From assembly GCA_934097085.1 (NCBI GenBank), contig CAKONK010000018.1, forward strand, positions 1 to 19,475: 19,475 bases of DNA, given 5' to 3'. This stretch comes from an uncultured Bacilli bacterium (GTDB lineage Bacteria > Bacillota_I > Bacilli_A > RF39 > UBA660). Both the position numbers and the translations under genes were made by a program. Shown piece after piece: positions 1 to 6,620 of this stretch; the stretch's first letter is position 1, and each line of letters begins with the position of its first letter. The notes below the pieces were generated by a model, which searched no databases, was not told the origin of the DNA, and saw only the letters and a program-made list of their open reading frames with translations.

Positions 1-554
1 CCATTTTGACTTTTTTCTGAGTTCTGTTTTTGAGAACCATCACTTTGCTGAGCATTTTTACCATTTTGACTATTATCTTTTTTTTGATGATTATTGCTAT
101 TTGAGTTATTTTGCTGATTTTGATGTTCTTGACTATTTTGTTGATTTTCTTGATTTTGCTGTTTTTCTTGTAATAGTTTTTCGTATAGTTGTTCAGCATC
201 ATAATTTAATGCATCTGCTATATCGACACCACCTTCTGGCATTTTTAAACCATCTCTTTTTAAAAATTGATTTGTAACTCCATCAGTTGCAATATTCCAT
301 AGGTTTATATCTTTCCCTTCACTTCTTAATATGTGATTAAAAGCAATATGACATACTTCATGAGCAAACACAAAAGTTTGCTCCTCTTTACTTAAACTAT
401 TTAAATAATCAGGATTATAATAAATTATCTGTCCATTAGTACCAGCTGTTCCTAAACTTTTATCTTCTTCATATTTAACATTTGCTATTACGCTTCCAAA
501 AAAAGGGTATTTTACTAACATTTTATTTTTTATTGACTTTATATCATAATTCAT
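1..554 (-). CDS. Putative zincin metallopeptidase (DUF2201_N / COG3864-like). N-terminal part only; the gene runs off the left edge, where a vWA-like domain is expected.
   Basis: Not in the ORF track. ATG at 552-554 (minus) is preceded by AGGAG (561-565) with a 6-nt spacer. My translation: MNYDIKSIKNKMLVKYPFFGSVIANVKYEEDKSLGTAGTNGQIIYYNPDYLNSLSKEEQTFVFAHEVCHIAFNHILRSEGKDINLWNIATDGVTNQFLKRDGLKMPEGG... It carries HExxH (HEVCH) and a downstream WNIATD motif typical of the 'putative metallopeptidase' domain that pairs with MoxR-type ATPases. A Q/N-rich linker (QQNQENQQNSQEHQNQQNNSNSNN...) then continues to nt 1 without a stop. Confidence 0.75.
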   Translation of the reverse strand, partial: MNYDIKSIKNKMLVKYPFFGSVIANVKYEEDKSLGTAGTNGQIIYYNPDYLNSLSKEEQTFVFAHEVCHIAFNHILRSEGKDINLWNIATDGVTNQFLKRDGLKMPEGGVDIADALNYDAEQLYEKLLQEKQQNQENQQNSQEHQNQQNNSNSNNHQKKDNSQNGKNAQQSDGSQKQNSEKSQN

Positions 555-564
555 AATTTACTCC

Positions 565-957
565 TTATATACATGCAACTAGTGAAAAGATTTCGTTACT
601 TATTTTTTCAGTATTTATTTCATTGGCAGTTATAATAATCAAACAATCTTTAGGTAATTCAAATGTAGATATTTTTCTATATTTTAATAATTCTACAAAT
701 TTTAATTGTTCTTCTTTAGAAATAGTATCAATTCTATCAATTACTAATATTTTATTTTTAGTTGAAGAAAGTATTTCATTTAACCATTTAGGGGGAATAA
801 AATCTAGCCCTTCATAATGACCATTTAATTCTTTAATATCAATATCAGCAGGTATAGTAACAGCAAAATCTAATTCATTAATAGATAAAAAATCCACTAA
901 TACGGGTGCAACATTTGATTTTAAATAAGTTAAAAACATTTCTTTTTTATCTTTCAC
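565..957 (-). CDS. Degenerate (P-loop-less) paralog of the upstream AAA_5 ATPase core
   Basis: 130-aa ORF. The GTG start (955-957) overlaps the TGA stop of the upstream gene (GTGA), with GGAGG 12 nt upstream. An alternative ATG start lies at 937-939. It aligns by eye to residues ~358-500 of the 668-aa ATPase: ELNGHY/SLNGKS, IPPKWLNEI/VPPTWLKKL, ILVIDRIDT/IVFFDEITN, ELPKDCLIIITAN/KLPENARIIAAGN, IFSLVACI/LFNRFAHVYI. Walker A is replaced (DFLSINEL versus GPSSEGKS) and the Walker B DE pair becomes DR. Confidence 0.6.
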   Translation of the reverse strand: MKDKKEMFLTYLKSNVAPVLVDFLSINELDFAVTIPADIDIKELNGHYEGLDFIPPKWLNEILSSTKNKILVIDRIDTISKEEQLKFVELLKYRKISTFELPKDCLIIITANEINTEKISNEIFSLVACI

Positions 958-2960
958 TTTCTACTTAAACCTCCACTAGCAAGTTTAATCTCAGCTAGTT
1001 TTTCTAATCTACTTTCATCACCATGAACCCATAATGAATCAAAAATTGCTCCAAACTCTTTTCCTAAATTAATTGCAAAATTTCTTACTTTTTCTAAATT
1101 TTCTTCATCTACTTGAGATAAACCTAATATTGTTGCATATCTTGCTGCTGTATTTAAAAAATCAATATCTCTGTAATTATAATTTTCATTTATTACATCA
1201 TTTAGTGTTATTACCTCTTGATTACAAAATGCTACAAACTCTTTTGTTATATCTTCTCCTACTAATGCTCTGAGCATTTCTGGATTTCTTGTACTATATA
1301 ACATTTTTGATGCCATTTCCCATTTTCTTGGATCTGCATTTGGTTTTTCTCCATTATAGTTACTTCTTAATACCATCCCTTTTTTATAAGCTATAAAAGT
1401 ATAAATTGCTGGATGAATATTATTTTCACTTGCCCATTTTAGCCAACTTTGAGTTGTTGTTTTTATATATACATGTGCAAATCTATTAAATAATGGTTTC
1501 GCTAACTGATTTGCTGCTAAGGAATCTTTCATATCATTTCCCGCTGCTATTATTCTTGCATTTTCTGGTAATTTCCATATTCCATTTACTTCTCTATCTA
1601 AAACTATATTAAAGGCTATTCCTTGAATACTTGGTAATGCATTTGTTATCTCATCGAAAAATACTATATGATATCTATCAGGTTCATTGCTACATTTTTC
1701 TTGCAATTTCTTTAACCAAGTTGGTGGAACATCTATCATTTCCCCAGTTTGCTGATTATACACACTTTTTCCATTTAAACTCTCTGGAGTTGCATTTCTT
1801 AAATATATTATTTCACAAGTTGGATCTATTTGTTTTACTCTTGCTGACTTTCCTTCAGATGATGGTCCATGTAAAAATACTGCCACTCCACTTTCAACAG
1901 CTCCCTTAATTATATCTTCCTCGCTTACTTCACCAAAGTCTAAATTATATGGATTTTTTCTTTTTTCTGCTTGTAATTCAACAACTTGCTCTATTTCTTC
2001 ATATTCAAAATTATTTTCAACTTCATATTCTGAATTATTTTCAACTTTTGGTTCTTCAGGCTTTGGTTCTTGAATTAATTTTTTTTGATAATCTTTTACA
2101 GCTTTATTAAGTTTCTGATTACGAATAGAGCTTTTCAAATGATTTTGAATATTTACATTTGAAATATTTAACGAAACAGTATTTTGGAAAAGATCATGAA
2201 GCATGTAATTATCAAGATATTTTTTCATTGCTGTATTATCAAAGCAGCCATCAAAACCTGCTCTATAAGGATTAAAACTTATACCGGCAACTAAACATTT
2301 TTTAGAAATTAGCAATTGTGTTTTATCATCAACAAGCCATTTAACTGGTGAGACTTCTACCCAAACATAATCACCATTTGTATATTCAACCCCGTTTGAA
2401 AGTAATAAGTAATGCTCATTATATCCTAAATTTGCTTCAATACGAATATATTTTTTCCCTTGATATTCATATTCCTTATAAGTTACAGGTTTAAATGATC
2501 CATCATTAAAACGACAAGGTACCGAATTAAATGTATAACTTCTTCCTGTTTTATTCAAACCTTTTTTATGTTTTAGTCTTAACTCTAACTCATTTTGTAA
2601 TGTTTCAGAAGCAGCATATTGAGGATACTCTCCATATTCGATTTCCTCTGTACCATCGTATCCTGTAGTTATAGCCCAAATAGATTGTGAATATAATAGA
2701 GAATTTAGCAACACTGGTCGAATAGAGATATTAGGTTTATGCACATAATTTAGAGCTTTTTTGCCATCTTCATCAACAATCCTAACATCGTTATCAAATT
2801 GAGATTTAGTATAAAAATAGCCATTTTTACACCCTGTTAAAATACACAAATCTGTTACTGTAGCTTGTGTTCCATATTCTTTCAAAACCTCTAATTGGGA
2901 TTCAGAGTCATCTCCCCAAATTTGTCCTTCAGTTAATAAAGTTAATTCTTGATTATTCAT
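954..2960 (-). CDS. AAA_5 / MoxR-like ATPase with a ~260-aa N-terminal putative ligand-binding domain
   Basis: 668-aa ORF with GGAGGGGG 4 nt upstream of the ATG. Walker A GPSSEGKS (nt 1845-1868), Walker B HIVFFDE, sensor-1-like IIAAGN, and LFNRF (Arg). An acidic linker carries the tandem repeat VENNSEYE/VENNFEYE. The N-terminus has ISIRPVLL, VKWLVDDKTQLLISKKCL and MKKYLDNYM motifs. No signal peptide or TM segment. Confidence 0.8.
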   Translation of the reverse strand: MNNQELTLLTEGQIWGDDSESQLEVLKEYGTQATVTDLCILTGCKNGYFYTKSQFDNDVRIVDEDGKKALNYVHKPNISIRPVLLNSLLYSQSIWAITTGYDGTEEIEYGEYPQYAASETLQNELELRLKHKKGLNKTGRSYTFNSVPCRFNDGSFKPVTYKEYEYQGKKYIRIEANLGYNEHYLLLSNGVEYTNGDYVWVEVSPVKWLVDDKTQLLISKKCLVAGISFNPYRAGFDGCFDNTAMKKYLDNYMLHDLFQNTVSLNISNVNIQNHLKSSIRNQKLNKAVKDYQKKLIQEPKPEEPKVENNSEYEVENNFEYEEIEQVVELQAEKRKNPYNLDFGEVSEEDIIKGAVESGVAVFLHGPSSEGKSARVKQIDPTCEIIYLRNATPESLNGKSVYNQQTGEMIDVPPTWLKKLQEKCSNEPDRYHIVFFDEITNALPSIQGIAFNIVLDREVNGIWKLPENARIIAAGNDMKDSLAANQLAKPLFNRFAHVYIKTTTQSWLKWASENNIHPAIYTFIAYKKGMVLRSNYNGEKPNADPRKWEMASKMLYSTRNPEMLRALVGEDITKEFVAFCNQEVITLNDVINENYNYRDIDFLNTAARYATILGLSQVDEENLEKVRNFAINLGKEFGAIFDSLWVHGDESRLEKLAEIKLASGGLSRK

Positions 2961-2982
2961 TTAACCCCCTCCATGGGACTAT

Positions 2983-3010
2983 ATTCTATCATAAAATAAT
3001 TAAAAGTCAA
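2983..3010 (-). promoter_or_regulatory. Sigma-70-type promoter for the ATPase operon
   Basis: Minus strand reads TTGACT (3005-3010), a 16-nt spacer, then TGa-TAGAAT (extended -10, 2983-2991). This lies about 20 nt upstream of the GGAGGGGG RBS. Confidence 0.5.
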
Positions 3011-3154
3011 GCTAAACTATCTTACGCATGAAATATAAAATTATATGGTTTTTCTAATACTATATCATCTGTATTTAAAAATTTAAATAATTTTCCAATT
3101 TTTTACATTTTTTAGCCATACTTCACCAACTTTATTCTTTACTTTATTATACAT

Positions 3155-3187
3155 AAAAAAACACGCGTTTCAAAATTTCATGTGTTT
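3155..3187 (-). terminator. Candidate rho-independent terminator (second of two downstream of the kinase-SIS gene)
   Basis: Minus-strand AAACAC ... GTGTTT stem (3182-3187 / 3159-3164) followed by UUUU. The loop is about 17 nt, so this is weak. Confidence 0.3.
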
Positions 3188-3205
3188 CTCCTATTCGTAA
3201 ATAAA

Positions 3206-3239
3206 TTATAAAAAGAAGTATGCTTTTGTTTACATACTT
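3206..3239 (-). terminator. Candidate rho-independent terminator of the kinase-SIS gene
   Basis: Minus-strand AAGTATG-taaacaaaag-CATACTT hairpin (3216-3239) followed by CTTTTTAT. It starts 16 nt after the TAA stop at 3255-3257. Confidence 0.45.
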
Positions 3240-3254
3240 TATCAGTCATATTAT

Positions 3255-5201
3255 TTACAACTGTCCTTTATAAAAATAGATTTTCATTGCATTATCTGTA
3301 TAATTAGGTTTAGAAACATCAATATCTAATAACTTACCTATTTGATATATTATAAATTGTGAAGCAATTAATAAATCAAATTCTGCCAAAAGGCCATCGT
3401 ATTTACTTTCAAAAATAGCAATTTTATTTCCTAAATAATTTAATAATTCTTCTTCATATTTTGAGGTAGTCTTTTGTTTGAAATAGATTACACATTTATT
3501 GTTCATATTTTCAAAATTAATAAATCTTCCGTGAGAAAAATTTTTCTTTTCGTGAATAATACAGTTAAATATACCAGATTCAATAAGTTTACTTTCTAAA
3601 TCATAACTTGCACAGTTACTATAATCTCCTCGAAAAACATTAATTATTTTATTATGATTAATAGCACTTTCAATAAAATTTTTATCAATTTCTTTTTGAA
3701 CTTTATTACTCCAGTAACTCATAGAATCCTTGATAAAATTATTTATATTAATATCACTATTGGACTTTTGTAAATATAATTTCATAAATAATGCAGCTGG
3801 TGCTAAAGCTCCCTCAAAAGATAAAAATCCCCTTTCTTTACCTTTATTTGCACTTGTCCTATAAGTGATTATATTATTTTTCATAATACCTGTTTTTGTT
3901 ACAATATTTTGGGTTTGCCCTTTTGTAATTACATACACATTATTTTTATCAAAATCTTTAACACTTTGAATTATATCATTAGTCGTTCCTGAATATGAAA
4001 ATAAAAATGCTTTATCTATATTTGCATTATTTCTATAAAATGCATCTCTTGGGTACAATGAATAAGTACTTGCACCATATAACTCATTTATAACTGTTGA
4101 TGCAAAACTAGCCCCTGCAAAAGAACCACCTGTTCCAATGAATAAATAGCTTTTACTTTTATCAAAATTTATATCTAGTAACTTATCATAAGCACTAGAA
4201 TTAATAGCATTAATAACTCTTGCCTCAAGATTATTTATATTAATATTACATCTTTTAATTTTTCTTCTTTCATTATACTCAAAATTTTCACAAGTACAAA
4301 CTTTATCTATTTTTTTAATTTTATATAATGAATTTAAATGTCCTCTTGCACCAAAGTTAGATACAACCTTACTAGTTAATTTAATAGATTTTTCATACCA
4401 TTTTGGAAAAAGTTCTTTATTAAATTCATAATTATTTTTTATATAATCAAATATTATGCTAGATAAAAATGCATCTCCGGCACCCGAAGAATCAATAACA
4501 TTACCATTATCTTTTAAATTAAATTTATATTCTTTACTATTATATATAAAGATTGCACCATTTTCTCCACGAGTAATAGTTACTAATTTTGCCTTTAGTA
4601 ATTTATATAATTCAATATTATTTTTTAAATTTAATTTATCAAGTAAATAGTTTGACACTCTTTCATTAAAATTAATTATTTCAAAACCATTATTTAATTT
4701 ATTTATAATGTCCTCTTTTGATAAATTTTCAAATTCAAAATACTGGCCAATATCAATTATTTTTTTATTAGAAACGTTTTTTATTATTTCAATATTTTTA
4801 TCATTTAAATTATCAAAGACTAAAATATCATCATTTTGTATATTATTAGTTATATATTCTATATCAATTTGACTTTCTTCATACCATTTTTTTTCATTAC
4901 ATTTTGGACATCTTTTTTTAGAAATAAAACCTTCTTCATCATAAGAAACATGAAAGCATCTTGTCTTAATATTATCTTTAATTAATACTTTGCTTACATC
5001 AACATTTAATTTTTTTAAACTTAAATTAGCAATATTGCCTTGTATATCATTACCAGAAACTCCATATACTGCTGTAGAAATTTTTCTTTTTGCTAAATTT
5101 GCAATAATATTATGGCTACTCATTCCTCCATCAACACCAATTAAATTTCCATTTTTATAGTAATAATCTAAAACTAAATCTCCAATACTAACTACTCTCA
5201 T
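3255..5201 (-). CDS. Fusion protein: PfkB-family sugar kinase (with a Cys/His zinc knuckle) + tandem SIS (GlmS-C/AgaS/FrlB-like) sugar-phosphate isomerase/deglycase module
   Basis: 648-aa ORF. The N-terminus MRVVSIGDLVLDYYY plus VIDSSGAGDAF (PfkB signature 2, ~aa 236-245) mark the kinase. C82-x-H84 ... C98-P-K-C101 is inserted where the PfkB lid sits. The linker has C302-x-C304 ... C318. The SIS motifs are LFIGTGGSFAGASFA and FSYSGTTNDII. A second SIS-like half contains NFSHGRFINF. Confidence 0.75.
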   Translation of the reverse strand: MRVVSIGDLVLDYYYKNGNLIGVDGGMSSHNIIANLAKRKISTAVYGVSGNDIQGNIANLSLKKLNVDVSKVLIKDNIKTRCFHVSYDEEGFISKKRCPKCNEKKWYEESQIDIEYITNNIQNDDILVFDNLNDKNIEIIKNVSNKKIIDIGQYFEFENLSKEDIINKLNNGFEIINFNERVSNYLLDKLNLKNNIELYKLLKAKLVTITRGENGAIFIYNSKEYKFNLKDNGNVIDSSGAGDAFLSSIIFDYIKNNYEFNKELFPKWYEKSIKLTSKVVSNFGARGHLNSLYKIKKIDKVCTCENFEYNERRKIKRCNININNLEARVINAINSSAYDKLLDINFDKSKSYLFIGTGGSFAGASFASTVINELYGASTYSLYPRDAFYRNNANIDKAFLFSYSGTTNDIIQSVKDFDKNNVYVITKGQTQNIVTKTGIMKNNIITYRTSANKGKERGFLSFEGALAPAALFMKLYLQKSNSDININNFIKDSMSYWSNKVQKEIDKNFIESAINHNKIINVFRGDYSNCASYDLESKLIESGIFNCIIHEKKNFSHGRFINFENMNNKCVIYFKQKTTSKYEEELLNYLGNKIAIFESKYDGLLAEFDLLIASQFIIYQIGKLLDIDVSKPNYTDNAMKIYFYKGQL

Positions 5202-5248
5202 ATGTACCTTTTTAATTTTTTTAAATAGACAATACCTTTCTTAAGTGT

Positions 5249-5277
5249 ATTATATCACGGATGATAAATATAGCAAA
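5249..5277 (-). promoter_or_regulatory. Candidate promoter of the kinase-SIS gene
   Basis: Minus strand reads TTTGCT (5272-5277), a 17-nt spacer, then TGa-TATAAT (extended -10, 5249-5257). Confidence 0.4.
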
Positions 5278-5330
5278 TTAAAATTTCTAAAAAATACTCT
5301 ACCCGTGTTATAATATTTATGAGGTGTTTT

Positions 5331-5759
5331 ATGAATGAATTAATGTTAATTTCAATTAAAACTAAATATGCAAATCAAATATTCGAAGGTACTAAAAAAT
5401 ATGAATACCGAAGAAAAAGTATTGGTGAAAAAAATTGTAATAAAAAAATATATGTTTACTCCTCTGAAAAAGATAAAGCAATTATAGGTTATATAATCGT
5501 AGATAAAATTATCGAAGGTAATGCTGACTATGTACTAAAAAATACGGATAATGAAAATAATAGTGATTTACTTGCGTATTTCGAAGGAAATGATAAATGT
5601 TATGCTCTTCAAATAAAAAGTGCTTGCAAATTTAAAACACCTATTTATTTAAATGAAATTAAAAGTGAAGATAAAAATTTTGTTGTTCCACAGTTTTATA
5701 GATACATTAAAGAAAATGAATATATTTATAAAAAACTTACTAAAAAGGAAATAATATGA
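5331..5759 (+). CDS. ASCH (PUA-like) domain protein
   Basis: I prefer the ATG at 5331 (MNELMLISIKTKYANQIFEGTKKYEYRRK...) because GAGGTG sits at 5321-5326. The track start at 5319 lies inside that RBS. The pattern hh-SIKp-yA--IF-G-KKyEyR+ ... IYVYSS ... IIGY ... VPQFYRYI matches the small prokaryotic ASCH family. The stop TGA (5757-5759) overlaps the next ATG. Confidence 0.7.
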   Translation: MNELMLISIKTKYANQIFEGTKKYEYRRKSIGEKNCNKKIYVYSSEKDKAIIGYIIVDKIIEGNADYVLKNTDNENNSDLLAYFEGNDKCYALQIKSACKFKTPIYLNEIKSEDKNFVVPQFYRYIKENEYIYKKLTKKEII

Positions 5760-6328
5760 AAATAGATAATATTAAAAATTACCTTTCATCACCTGATTTT
5801 ATGAACCTTGCTAATGAAATGTATGAATTAACAATTAATAATGAATACCCAGATTATAAAAATTGGTTTTATAATAAACAAATCAAAGGTTGTCTAACTC
5901 CTTACCGAAATATTCTTTTTATTAAAAATGAAAATGGAAATATTATTGCATTATGTTCCTTAAAAAAAGATGCAAATGAAAGGAAAATATGTACTTTATT
6001 TGTTGCAAAAGAATATAGAAATCAAGGACTTGGAAGTCTATTAATCGAAGAGGCAATGAAATATTTAGAGACTACTAAACCTTTAATAACTATTAATGAA
6101 GAGAAACTTGCAATGTTTAAAAATCTAATTACCAAATATAATTGGAATTTAACCGAGGTTGCTTTAGGAATATATAGTGAAAACGTAAAAGAATTTTGTT
6201 TTAATGGAAAATTAACTTCACTTAATTATAAGGAAGAACTTATTAAAGTATTGAATAAAATAAAAAGTAAAGCCGAAACAAGTTTACAAGATAATGATAG
6301 AATTACCGAAATATCAATTAGAAAATAA
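5756..6328 (+). CDS. GNAT-family N-acetyltransferase
   Basis: 190-aa ORF. The acetyl-CoA motif A is ICTLFVAKEYRNQGLGSLLIEEAMKYL (R/Q-x-x-G-x-G). ATGA start/stop overlap with the ASCH gene. Confidence 0.75.
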   Translation: MKIDNIKNYLSSPDFMNLANEMYELTINNEYPDYKNWFYNKQIKGCLTPYRNILFIKNENGNIIALCSLKKDANERKICTLFVAKEYRNQGLGSLLIEEAMKYLETTKPLITINEEKLAMFKNLITKYNWNLTEVALGIYSENVKEFCFNGKLTSLNYKEELIKVLNKIKSKAETSLQDNDRITEISIRK

Positions 6329-6358
6329 TTTCTTAAATGCAATGTAAACCAGATTTTG

Positions 6359-6387
6359 TTGACTTTTACCCATATTTATAGTAAAAT
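6359..6387 (+). promoter_or_regulatory. Promoter of rpmB
   Basis: TTGACT (6359-6364), a 17-nt spacer, then TAAAAT (6382-6387). It lies about 30 nt upstream of the GGAGG RBS at 6406-6410. Confidence 0.55.
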
Positions 6388-6419
6388 TTAAAAGTAATGA
6401 AAAAAGGAGGAAACTAATA

Positions 6420-6587
6420 ATGGCTACTAAAATAACTAATAAAAAACCTTTATCAGGAAATAATAGATCTCATGCAGAAAATGCTACAAAAAGAGTTCAA
6501 AAACCAAATCTTCAAAAAAAAGTTATTAATGGAGAAAAAGTTATTATTTCTGCAAGAGAAGCAAGAACAATTAATAAACAAAAATAA
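6420..6587 (+). CDS. rpmB: 50S ribosomal protein L28
   Basis: Below the ORF-track size cut-off. My translation: MATKITNKKPLSGNNRSHAENATKRVQKPNLQKKVINGEKVIISAREARTINKQK (55 aa). It has the L28 signature SGNN-x-SHA-x-N-x-TKR...PNLQ. GGAGG lies 9 nt upstream and the stop is TAA at 6585-6587. Confidence 0.9.
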   Translation: MATKITNKKPLSGNNRSHAENATKRVQKPNLQKKVINGEKVIISAREARTINKQK

Positions 6588-6620
6588 AAATACTGGTTAT
6601 AAAAATCAGTATTTTTTATT
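6587..6620. terminator. Bidirectional rho-independent terminator between convergent rpmB and the histidine kinase gene
   Basis: AAAATACTG (6587-6595) pairs with CAGTATTTT (6607-6615). T-runs follow the hairpin on both strands. It sits exactly between the two stop codons (6585-6587 and 6620-6622). Confidence 0.65.
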
